Source: a virus (Duplodnaviria; Caudoviricetes). Taken from it: a stretch of 37,903 nucleotides of DNA. Below the pieces are notes generated by a model. That model searched no databases. It was not told the origin of the DNA and worked only from the letters and a program-made list of their open reading frames with translations. This document shows positions 8,850-17,396 of the stretch, piece after piece; position 1 is the stretch's first letter; each line of letters begins with the position of its first letter. The stretch is taken from IMG/VR virus record IMGVR_UViG_3300014656_000012, positions 1 to 37,903 of that record. One strand, written 5' to 3'. The position numbers and the translations under genes were made by a program.

Positions 8850-8865
8850 AACATGAATCTATAAA

Positions 8866-9222
8866 ATGAATCTATCAAATGCAGAACAAAACATAATAGC
8901 TAAAAAATTTACAAAGTTTTTAATAAATGATGTTTTAAATACTGTTACAGTAGATGATGTTTTAAGAATAGAAAATGGAAAATGGATACACATGGGTAAA
9001 GAGCTTGCAGATACTCAGGTAAAGTCTCTTAAGTTAGAAGCTCATGCTTTCCTTAATTCAAACCTATGGAAGATACTCTCAAATGAATTACTTTGGCACG
9101 CACAAAGCAAAGTGTTAAATAAGGGAGAATCAGACATAGACTTACTTTCAGGAAAGATATTGAAGTTGTACATTGAAACAATACAGGAAAGGTTAGAAAA
9201 AATGGGTGCGAAAAAGGTTTAA
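8866..9222 (+). CDS. Hypothetical protein (head module)
   Basis: 118-aa helical ORF between portal and scaffold. Confidence 0.7.
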   Translation: MNLSNAEQNIIAKKFTKFLINDVLNTVTVDDVLRIENGKWIHMGKELADTQVKSLKLEAHAFLNSNLWKILSNELLWHAQSKVLNKGESDIDLLSGKILKLYIETIQERLEKMGAKKV

Positions 9223-9231
9223 TCACACCAG

Positions 9232-9382
9232 TCAGTGATTTGACGGGTGCTTACTAGGGAAATCCCAATAAGCTCCGGTCTAATCACTGAATAAGTGGTT
9301 CCAGTTGGCAGACTGGACAACTCTGACGCCCCCTCGAAAGGGCTTTACAAAATATAGTTTCAACGGTTTTAAATCAAAGCCG
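9232..9382 (+). promoter_or_regulatory. Structured leader upstream of the scaffold/capsid genes
   Basis: Long hairpin TCAGTGATT (9232-9240)/AATCACTGA (9282-9290) with inner GCTTA/TAAGC and GGG/CCC; further hairpins at 9300-9317 and 9331-9342. Confidence 0.5.
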
Positions 9383-9395
9383 ATGACAAAGACAA

Positions 9396-10175
9396 ATGTC
9401 TAAAAAAACAAAAGAAGTAGTTGAGAAATCTAAGGAGGAAGAATCCGAACTCGAAAAAGAAGAGGAGGAAACCACTGAAGAAAAAACTGCTGACGACACT
9501 GAAGATTCAACTGAATCTGAAGAAGAAACAGAGGAAGAGTCAGATGACGGAGATAGTTCTTCTAAAGAAATTGATTATAAAGCTATCGCTGAAGCAGAAA
9601 AAAAGAAGAGGAAAGTAGCCGAATCTCTAATCGCTCACGATAAGTTCAAAAAGAAACATTCAAAAGATGAGGATGGTGATGACGAAGATTTAGATGATGA
9701 GGATAAGCCGATAACTAAAAGGGAATTGGCTAAACTCATGGAAGCTAACTCAAGATCAAGTCAGAAGGTAATTTATGCTGAACGCATAGATGATATATCA
9801 AAAGATATATCTGACTCCGATGATGAATCAGAAGCTATCAAAGCGGTTTACGCAAATCGCAACTGGTCTGATGATGTTTCTTTAAGACAGCAACTTTTAG
9901 AATCTAAAGCTATTGTAAACATGGGCAAAACAAAGTCTAGGATGTCAGAGCTTAAAAGAGCCGCTATGAGTAAAGACAACCGTTCAAATGACGGATCTGA
10001 TACTCAAAGAGATGCTCAACGAGGCACAGCTCCAAAACTTTCAAAAGCCGATGAATCAGCAATACTTTCAGCTGGGTATAAGTTTGATACAAAACTCAGA
10101 CTATATGCAAAGAAACTTCCTAATGGAAAGACTTTGTATAAAGACACAAAGAATAAAAAGAGTTGGGTTAAATAA
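9396..10175 (+). CDS. Capsid scaffolding protein (putative)
   Basis: Very acidic low-complexity N-terminus, helical body; position between portal and capsid genes. Confidence 0.75.
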   Translation: MSKKTKEVVEKSKEEESELEKEEEETTEEKTADDTEDSTESEEETEEESDDGDSSSKEIDYKAIAEAEKKKRKVAESLIAHDKFKKKHSKDEDGDDEDLDDEDKPITKRELAKLMEANSRSSQKVIYAERIDDISKDISDSDDESEAIKAVYANRNWSDDVSLRQQLLESKAIVNMGKTKSRMSELKRAAMSKDNRSNDGSDTQRDAQRGTAPKLSKADESAILSAGYKFDTKLRLYAKKLPNGKTLYKDTKNKKSWVK

Positions 10176-10321
10176 TCAAGATTACATTTAATAATCGGTA
10201 TGTCTATACGACATATCTACGTAATTGCAAAAATGACGAAGTAGTTAATCTACGAGTTGTTTTTGCGTTAATAATCATTGGATTGATAAGTATGAATTGA
10301 AAGTGGTATAATGTGGTTAAG

Positions 10322-10894
10322 ATGAAATATCCAAAAAATTACTTTCTAACTCATGTAGGTAAGGCAAAAAACTTTTCTCAGATAAAGAAAATATGTCCGA
10401 CATGTAGCTTAGAGTTTATGGTTCAATATCACAGAAAAGATATAGCAAAGTTTTGTTCCGTAGGGTGCAAAAGACATGTAGTTTCTCTAGAGTGTAGAAA
10501 AAGGATGAGTGAAAATATGAAAGGAGAAAAACATTGGAACTTTGATAAAAAAGCGACAGCAGAAACTAGAAAAAAACAAAGTGATGCACACAAAGGAAAA
10601 AGACCAAATAACTATATCGGTGGATATGAATATAAACTTTTTGTAAATAAAAATAGAAGGGTAATGAAATTAGGAAATGGTGGTTCGCACACTTTTGAAC
10701 AATGGAGAGCTTTAAAGGAAAGATATAACTTTATATGCTTATGTTGTAAGAAGTTTGAACCAGAAATTACTTTATCTGAAGACCATATTATACCGCTTTC
10801 AAAAGGAGGGAGGGATGACATAGAAAATATACAACCTTTATGTCGTTCATGTAACTCTAGAAAACATGCGAAAACAATTCAATACGAACTTTGA
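10322..10894 (+). CDS. HNH homing endonuclease (Zn finger, NUMOD3-like repeat, HNH)
   Basis: CPTC...FCSVGC, ETRKKQSDAHKG, CLCC...SEDHIIPLSKGG..DIENIQPLCRSCNSRKH. Own promoter TTGATA (10283-10288), 18 nt, TATAAT (10307-10312) favours ATG 10322 over GTG 10313. Confidence 0.92.
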   Translation: MKYPKNYFLTHVGKAKNFSQIKKICPTCSLEFMVQYHRKDIAKFCSVGCKRHVVSLECRKRMSENMKGEKHWNFDKKATAETRKKQSDAHKGKRPNNYIGGYEYKLFVNKNRRVMKLGNGGSHTFEQWRALKERYNFICLCCKKFEPEITLSEDHIIPLSKGGRDDIENIQPLCRSCNSRKHAKTIQYEL

Positions 10895-11418
10895 GAGCAG
10901 ATTTAATTTGCATTGGACCAGCAGCCAGCTTTACAAGATACCTTGTAGCAGGAGGCACGGCCATAGAAGTTGGTGAGCCACTACACACAGTAGGAAGCAC
11001 ATCATCAGCTGGAGAAGCATCAGTTAACACTTCGGTATTGGCCGCTGCAGATACACCAGTTATAGGAACGCATCTTTTCAGAGGTATAGCCACTGGAAAA
11101 GCAAAACTTGCAGCAGCAGGCACTGTCTTAGCACAGTACTTGAACACAGCAAATCCAGTTCCTTATATTGGAAGAATCAGAGCATTAGCTTTGACAAAGA
11201 CAGAGATTGATACCGCATCAGAACTTGCAGGAGTAATTGGTGACTTTACACTCATTGATTACAATTCAACAGGTGGTACTGATGGCGGAGAATTGTATAA
11301 GATTATATCTGATGCAACAGCAGATACATCAGGACTTGAAGTTGTTGGTGGAAACACTGCACTTGGAACTCTTGACGTAGTTGTAGCTGCACAAGCATAT
11401 AGATCAGACGTTTCTTAA
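10891..11418 (+). CDS. Capsid decoration/cement-like protein
   Basis: 175 aa, Ala/Gly/Thr-rich and beta-like, immediately before the major capsid gene; TTG start overlaps the HNH stop (TTGA). Confidence 0.65.
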   Translation: MRADLICIGPAASFTRYLVAGGTAIEVGEPLHTVGSTSSAGEASVNTSVLAAADTPVIGTHLFRGIATGKAKLAAAGTVLAQYLNTANPVPYIGRIRALALTKTEIDTASELAGVIGDFTLIDYNSTGGTDGGELYKIISDATADTSGLEVVGGNTALGTLDVVVAAQAYRSDVS

Positions 11419-11445
11419 TTTTATTAGTTTTATTAGTTTTATTAG
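11419..11445 (+). repeat. Tandem repeat (TTTTATTAG)x3
   Basis: Three exact 9-nt copies just after the stop at 11418, in the capsid gene leader. Confidence 0.85.
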
Positions 11446-11483
11446 AATAGGATTTGAATAAATAAAAATTCTATATAAAAAAT

Positions 11484-11517
11484 ATGGGACATTCGTATCA
11501 ACTTTCACCAGACGCAT
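11484..11517 (+). CDS. Major capsid protein, exon 1
   Basis: ATG GGA CAT TCG TAT CAA CTT TCA CCA GAC GCA T| = MGHSYQLSPDA plus 1 nt; A-rich leader; ends in the U of a P1 U-G pair. Confidence 0.88.
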
Positions 11518-12382
11518 AAACTTCATGTGCGTTCCCACAGTAATGTGGGTAATAAAAAACTTTCTCTGATTGACTCGGAGTTCCTCAACGAGGATAACGA
11601 GGGCGAAGCAAATAAAATTGCACGCTGAGAGACTAAGTGAGAAAGACCCTAGAAATAGGGACGAGCAATAGTCCGAACTACCACTATAACTAAATGAAAT
11701 GGTAGAGATAAGCAGAAATGTCTTATCCATAGCACTTTGAAAACTTGATAAAAACATAGCAACAGGGTATAATTAACACATATGATTATATGCCCACATT
11801 GTAAAGAGATGTTTGCGATACCAAGAATAAAGAAATCGCAAGAACAAAAAAAGAAAATGAGAACTTCTTTAGCTTGGAATAAAGCTAATGAAATACTCAA
11901 AGATTACAATAATGGGGATGCGATAATGTGGTTAGTTAGAAAATATAAAGCAGATAAACGAACTATTAGGACTATCTTAAAAGAAAGTGGAATAATATCT
12001 TTTCGTGGAAGAAAAGGAATACAAGCATGGAATAAAGGAAAAGATTGTCCTCAATTACAAGGTAAAAATAATTGGAATTGGAAGGGAGGAATCGGTACTC
12101 TAAATATGCAAATAAGAAGATGTGGAAAGTATAATCAATGGAGAAAAGACATAATGATTAGAGACAATTACACCTGTCAGATTTGCAAAAAAAGAGGTGG
12201 AGATTTAGAAGTAGACCACTATCCAAAAAGATTTGCAACAATAATGAAAGAAAATAATATAAAATCATTACAAGAAGCAAAATTATGTATTGAATTATGG
12301 GATTCCATAAATAACAGAACACTATGTTTAATTTGTCATAATAAGACAAAATCAAGTTTAAAAAATACTAAGTAACAAAATG
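11518..12382 (+). mobile_element. Group I self-splicing intron (865 nt) carrying an HNH ORF
   Basis: P1 GACGCAU/GUGCGUU (11511-11517/11527-11533); P2 CCCACA..TGTGGG (11534-11549); P3 CTTTCTC/GAGAAAG; P7 GACTA (11631-11635)/TAGTC (11669-11673); P8 CCCTA/TAGGG; P9 CTACCA/TGGTAG; terminal G at 12382; P10 UUCAU/GUGAA; splicing restores the reading frame. Confidence 0.92.
11782..12375 (+). CDS. Intron-encoded HNH homing endonuclease
   Basis: AWNKG and NWKGG repeats, RDNYTCQIC...LEVDHYP...NNRTLCLICHNKT. Own promoter TTGATA (11745-11750), 17 nt, TATAAT (11768-11773), 8 nt, ATG. Confidence 0.92.
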   Translation: MIICPHCKEMFAIPRIKKSQEQKKKMRTSLAWNKANEILKDYNNGDAIMWLVRKYKADKRTIRTILKESGIISFRGRKGIQAWNKGKDCPQLQGKNNWNWKGGIGTLNMQIRRCGKYNQWRKDIMIRDNYTCQICKKRGGDLEVDHYPKRFATIMKENNIKSLQEAKLCIELWDSINNRTLCLICHNKTKSSLKNTK

Positions 12383-13299
12383 GTGAAACAGCTATCGATG
12401 GTGTTGCATGGGAAGTCTATGGTGCAAAAGCACAGCCGGGATTTTTGTCCGCACAGGATAGTTTTTTCTTCAAGCAGTCAACTACAGATTTGCTTTCTTA
12501 CTCATGGGATGAAGATTCCAATGTAGGAGCATTTGAAGAGACCGCAGAATTAGAAGACATAAACGACTACGACACTTTTCTTGGAAATACAAAAAACAAG
12601 AAAGTTCAAAAGTGGACAAAACAAGTAGAAGTATCAGCAGAGGCATTTAAAGCCGATGCAGTAGGAAAGAGAGCAAGAATAGGAAGTCAGATTGGTTTGA
12701 GAGCTAGAACAACGCAAGATAAAAAAGCAATTCTTAATACATACGGAGATGCTTTTGCAGGTTCTATCAATACAACACCAGACGGACAACCTTTGGCAAG
12801 TTCATCTCACGTAACTTTGAAAGGATTTACAGTAGATAATTTGGAAACAGGAGTATTGAATGCAGATAATCTTTGGACTTTGGTTCAAAGTTTGCAAGAT
12901 ATGCTTGCTCAAGACGGAGAGTTAGGTTCTTATGTATTTGAAGGGCTAGTAGTGCCTTCAATACTTTATAAGACAGCAAAAGAGACAATGAACTCACAAT
13001 TAGTACCATTTTCAGGAGAAAATCAAATAAACATTTTTGATACTGATTACGGAACAGTGAGAGTTGCATCATCTGCTTATCTTAACTCAGGTCAAAATTC
13101 AGCAACAAACGCAAATACTTCATATCACATTGTTTCAGGAGAACACATGATAAATAGAAAAGTATTTGAAGGATTGTCAATGGATTTGATTGATCCAACA
13201 AAGAGTAAAAATGATAAGTGGGCATATAGAGGTAGATTCTTAGAATCTCATTTCCCAGAATCATGGTGTGGATATGCAGCTTCTAACGGAACAGTTTAA
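12383..13299 (+). CDS. Major capsid protein, exon 2 (spliced product ~316 aa)
   Basis: |GT GAA ACA GCT ATC GAT... is in frame with ORF 12445..13299, giving MGHSYQLSPDACETAIDGVAWEVYG...; TPDGQPLASSSH and LVVPSILY fit HK97-fold (Mu gpT-like) capsid motifs; size and position fit. Confidence 0.88.
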
Positions 13300-13327
13300 T
13301 TTATCACCTTAACCAACCAAAAAATAT

Positions 13328-13732
13328 ATGAATATAAAAAATATATCAATCGGGGTAGCAGCACTTGTGCTAGCTTTCCTCGTTGGAATGGCGGTTGGTG
13401 GTAAATCAAGCCAATCGTTAGATTTAGGATCATCTGGTACTAGAATGCCTAATGGAATAAGTGCTGATGGCACTTCCCCAATAGCTGGGGAGGTAAGAGG
13501 GACGACTTTGACTGTAAATGGAGCGTCAACTTTGGCAGCAGTAACAGCATCAGGTTTTGGAAAGTTTGGAAACGCAGCATCATCTACTGTACAAGTAGGA
13601 GCTGCATCAAAAGCAGGATGTTTGATTTTGGGAGATAGCGGTAATAGTGCATCACCAGTATATATAATAGCTAGTGGAGCAACATTGACAGCATCAACTA
13701 CAAAACCAGCAGCTTGTCAGACAGTTCAATAG
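13328..13732 (+). CDS. Virion-module protein with N-terminal signal/anchor helix
   Basis: ISIGVAALVLAFLVGMAVGG hydrophobic segment; Ser/Thr/Gly-rich; two Cys near the C-terminus. Confidence 0.75.
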   Translation: MNIKNISIGVAALVLAFLVGMAVGGKSSQSLDLGSSGTRMPNGISADGTSPIAGEVRGTTLTVNGASTLAAVTASGFGKFGNAASSTVQVGAASKAGCLILGDSGNSASPVYIIASGATLTASTTKPAACQTVQ

Positions 13733-13787
13733 TCTCAGATCCACTTTATCCCTAAATGACCTTTGGGGATAAGGCTGGGTCTAAGAC
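13732..13787 (+). other. Long intergenic hairpin (RNA processing/stability element)
   Basis: GTCT/AGAC, AGATCCA/TGGGTCT and CTTTATCCCTAAA (13744-13756)/TTTGGGGATAAGG (13762-13774); no U-tract follows. Confidence 0.65.
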
Positions 13788-13823
13788 AAATCTAAGACAT
13801 TTATAAGTTTAATAATTAAAACA

Positions 13824-14351
13824 ATGAAATTAAAACATTTAATAATAGGAATAATAGGAATAGCATTGATTGCTTTACTATTATCCTCAACAAACGTAAG
13901 TCAAAAACTAGGAATGCAAACACTTTCAAGGCATTCAACTTGTAAATCAGCAACAGCAACAAGTTCGGTATCAACAATAGCATCTTCAACTGCACCATCA
14001 GTAACACTTGTCTGTGATGCGTACAATTTAGATTCAAGTAATTATGATGCAACACCGATGGATTCAGCGGTACTAGCAATTCAATACTCAACGGCATCAT
14101 CAACAGCGAACAACTTAACAGTAGCAATCGCTTATTCAAACGACGGAGTAGACTGGTATACACCAGTTTTTGACCCAGATACAATAGCTACAACATCTCT
14201 ATCAATTACAAACTCAGTAACGACTGTAGTTAAGTCATTGTACGACATCGTAACACCAACAAGATACGTAAGAGCAACATTCAGCAATACAAGTGCTACG
14301 ACATCATCAGTTTATGCTGAATTTATTCCAAAAAAGACAATTAACAAATAA
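13824..14351 (+). CDS. Virion-module protein with N-terminal signal/anchor helix, beta-rich
   Basis: MKLKHLIIGIIGIALIALLLSS; YSNDGVDWY and RYVRATF motifs typical of beta-sandwich structural proteins; two Cys. Confidence 0.75.
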   Translation: MKLKHLIIGIIGIALIALLLSSTNVSQKLGMQTLSRHSTCKSATATSSVSTIASSTAPSVTLVCDAYNLDSSNYDATPMDSAVLAIQYSTASSTANNLTVAIAYSNDGVDWYTPVFDPDTIATTSLSITNSVTTVVKSLYDIVTPTRYVRATFSNTSATTSSVYAEFIPKKTINK

Positions 14352-14356
14352 CTAAA

Positions 14357-15523
14357 ATGAGTTACACAATTCAAGAAGTCAAGAACAATATGATTCCACT
14401 TTTACATGGTGGCTCGCTCAACAAAGTGCGTGCCTTTGAAGAAGCTTGTGAAAGAGCGGCTAATAATGTTATCTCTAAAATTAAACTTCTTGAATCAATT
14501 CGTGTAGCTTCGCTTTCACAAACAGTCCACGACAATTTATTTGACTATGCTTTACCTTCAGATTATTACTCAATAATTGACTTATACCCTGAATCAGAAA
14601 GAGATAGCTTTGACACATCAAGGAGAGTATCGGCTAAAAGTTTTGATTTGAAAAAGATGCTTTCTTGTAAAAGGATTTCTATTGAAGGTAGTGAAGGAAG
14701 CAAGAAATTAAGAATATCTTGGAAAATCCGCTCTCCAAAGACGGTTCATGCTATGAACGCTTATAATGATAATGGAACTTGGGTAATCGTAGGAACAGCA
14801 AGTAATGTTAAAACAGATACAATAATAAAATATTCAGGTAATGGTTCTGTAAGGTTTGATATATCTGCAAATGGAGATGGAATACAGATAACTGATATGA
14901 CGGCGATAGACCTCACAAACGAGGATGAGTTGGCAGACATCATATTCCCTGTTTATCTAAGCACTGTCGCCAATTTGACGTCAATTACGCCTATGTGGGG
15001 TAATGATTTGACTGCTAACTACTGGACTGGAACAGCACAAACGGCACAAACAGACGGAACGGCTTTTAAAGTAGGTTGGAACTTGATAAAAGCATCGTGG
15101 GAAACGGCTACCGAAACAGGAACAGTGCTACCAGCTAGTATAGATTCACTAAAATTCACTTTTCAGCTATCAGCATCAACTTCAATAACTGCAAGAATTG
15201 ACAATGTTCAGTTTTCAATAGGTTATCCATTTGACATAAAATATTATTCAAAGTTTTTATTCAAAAATACTTCAGGAACATATATAACCAAACCAACTTC
15301 AGATGATGATGTGGTTGTTTGTGATAATGATTCAATTCAAATATTTTTACTTGAACTTTTAAAGGCCATAGCACACCAACTAGAGGGTACAGATTCAGCA
15401 TTTGATATTACTTTTGCAGAAAAGGAATTACAAGGCTTGTATCAATCTTATAGAGGAGAACACGGAGATGAGAGTATCAAGAAAGTGAGAAGTTACGCAG
15501 GTTTGCCCCGTTTTCAGCGATAA
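14357..15523 (+). CDS. Head-tail adaptor/tail tubular protein (putative)
   Basis: YALPSDY motif, helical termini with an inserted beta domain; position before the nozzle-size gene. Confidence 0.6.
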   Translation: MSYTIQEVKNNMIPLLHGGSLNKVRAFEEACERAANNVISKIKLLESIRVASLSQTVHDNLFDYALPSDYYSIIDLYPESERDSFDTSRRVSAKSFDLKKMLSCKRISIEGSEGSKKLRISWKIRSPKTVHAMNAYNDNGTWVIVGTASNVKTDTIIKYSGNGSVRFDISANGDGIQITDMTAIDLTNEDELADIIFPVYLSTVANLTSITPMWGNDLTANYWTGTAQTAQTDGTAFKVGWNLIKASWETATETGTVLPASIDSLKFTFQLSASTSITARIDNVQFSIGYPFDIKYYSKFLFKNTSGTYITKPTSDDDVVVCDNDSIQIFLLELLKAIAHQLEGTDSAFDITFAEKELQGLYQSYRGEHGDESIKKVRSYAGLPRFQR

Positions 15524-15535
15524 TTATATAAAAAA

Positions 15536-17371
15536 ATGGAAAAATATCAAATAATTCAAGAGACACTTGCCTACATAACAAATGAGGAAGTTACAAATAC
15601 TAGACCTGACTATCTTTCCGCTGGTTCTCAAAATGTTATTATTGATAGAAACAGAAAGGTAAGAAGTAGACCTGGCTATTCTCGCTTGGGTTCTGCAAAT
15701 GCACTACTTACTCCCGTAAGAAATGGTTTTACTTGGCACACATCAACTGAACTTCAACTACCTATCAGATTTGTAGATGATGATATGCAAGTATATCTAG
15801 GAACTTTAGATGGAACTGTAATAGACGACTGGAAATTGGTTAAAGGCTCTTTTGATGATGATATAGTACAGCGTTCAGCTAAATGGTTTGATGCCACAGA
15901 AAATATTGACTTGCTTATAACTATAAATGGAGATGCTAGCTTATATGAGTGGAGTGGAGCAGTCGCAGTAGTAGATTCAATAGCTTCAACAACCATAACC
16001 AAAACAGGAACGGCAACTTTTGCAGAAAATAGATTTTATACAACTAGAAATATGACAGTTGTTTGTGTAAGGACAGGAACTGAATACACTTATACAGGAG
16101 GAACAGGAACAACTACATTGACAGGCATATCAGCAACCACAGGACTTATTGCTGGGGATATTTTAGTGCAAAAGGTAGTAGTTCGCACAACTGCTCCAAT
16201 AGCAAACAGAAAAAACCATACAATATGGTCACATCAAAATCAAATAGCTTTAGGTTCAGAATTAGATGAGAAGGTATATGTTTCAAAAAATTCAAGTTAT
16301 TATGATTTTACTTTTTCTACACCAAGACTTACAGGAGAGGGAGCTTTGCTTACTTTAGATGATTCTTCAAAAGGTTTCGGCTCAATAGGTCAAAACTTGA
16401 TATGCTTCGTAGGAAGAAGTGGAATATTTAGAGTTAGATATAATCAAATAACAGTCGGAACAACACTTACAGAAACACTTGATATTAAAAAACTAGATTC
16501 AGGAATAGAACAAGGAGCATTTAATCAAGAAACTATAGTTCCTATGGGAAATTCTTTATTGTATCTTACAAATGAGCCAGCATTAAGAGTTATTTCAGAC
16601 CCAGACAACTTACAAGGTATAAACCCAACTACATACTCTAACCCAATTAAACCAGATTTTGATAATGAAGACTGGACAAATGCTTGTGCTATGTTTTGGA
16701 AAAATGCTTATTATCTTTCAGCTCCAGCAAGTTCAAGAGTTTATATACTTGAATTTGTGCAAGATGCAGACGGAAAGACAAGGAGATTCTGGCAACCGCC
16801 TCAAATACTTCCAACTAGAGCATTTTCTATAATAGATGATTGGATTCATGGACATTCAAACAGTGTAGGAGAAACATACAAAATTTTTGATAATGAAACA
16901 TACTCCGATATTAGTTCAGATGATGAGAAACTTCCATATAATGCAGTAGCAAGATTCGCATATAGAACTTTTGGAGACAGAACAGCACTAAAGAATTTTG
17001 ATGAATATTATGTTGATGGAGAATTAACTACGAATGTTAGTGATTTGCTCTTAACTCTTAGATATGGCTTTGAAGGTAATGTACAGACGATAGAAAAGAT
17101 TATTGATGGGCAAGATGCAGACATATTACAAGGAATAGCAATAAACGCTTCTCTTGGACAAAATTCACTCTCTCAACAACCTTTAGGAGGTTCGCTCGCT
17201 ATTCCAACTGATGCAAACAAATTTCAAGTAGTCTTTGAAATACCAAAAGAGGATTTTACAATGTTGCAAGCAGAGTTTTCTACGAATGCAGAGGATCGTT
17301 TTTGGTCAATTATTAGTCATGGAGGAAATGTAAAAATGTCTCCTCGTAAAAATACTTTAATAAAAAAGTAA
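15536..17371 (+). CDS. Tail nozzle/DNA stabilisation protein (P22 gp10/T7 gp12-like, putative)
   Basis: 611 aa beta-rich; N-terminal QNVII...VRSRPGY motif typical of podoviral nozzle proteins; synteny. Confidence 0.65.
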   Translation: MEKYQIIQETLAYITNEEVTNTRPDYLSAGSQNVIIDRNRKVRSRPGYSRLGSANALLTPVRNGFTWHTSTELQLPIRFVDDDMQVYLGTLDGTVIDDWKLVKGSFDDDIVQRSAKWFDATENIDLLITINGDASLYEWSGAVAVVDSIASTTITKTGTATFAENRFYTTRNMTVVCVRTGTEYTYTGGTGTTTLTGISATTGLIAGDILVQKVVVRTTAPIANRKNHTIWSHQNQIALGSELDEKVYVSKNSSYYDFTFSTPRLTGEGALLTLDDSSKGFGSIGQNLICFVGRSGIFRVRYNQITVGTTLTETLDIKKLDSGIEQGAFNQETIVPMGNSLLYLTNEPALRVISDPDNLQGINPTTYSNPIKPDFDNEDWTNACAMFWKNAYYLSAPASSRVYILEFVQDADGKTRRFWQPPQILPTRAFSIIDDWIHGHSNSVGETYKIFDNETYSDISSDDEKLPYNAVARFAYRTFGDRTALKNFDEYYVDGELTTNVSDLLLTLRYGFEGNVQTIEKIIDGQDADILQGIAINASLGQNSLSQQPLGGSLAIPTDANKFQVVFEIPKEDFTMLQAEFSTNAEDRFWSIISHGGNVKMSPRKNTLIKK

Positions 17372-17396
17372 TTAGTAGTATAATATAAACAAATAT

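Noticed and set aside
10237-10312. A complete group I or group II intron around the first HNH gene
   Set aside because: No P3/P7 (GACTA...TAGTC) core and no group II domain V are visible; kept only as an unexplained insertion in findings.
11518-11520. Stop-codon reassignment or readthrough to explain the short capsid 5' ORF
   Set aside because: Long genes read cleanly in the standard bacterial code with TAA, TAG and TGA all used as stops; the intron explains the break.
12445-12447. TTG at 12445 as the start of the major capsid protein
   Set aside because: The frame is open upstream to the 3' splice site at 12383 and joins an ATG-initiated exon 1.
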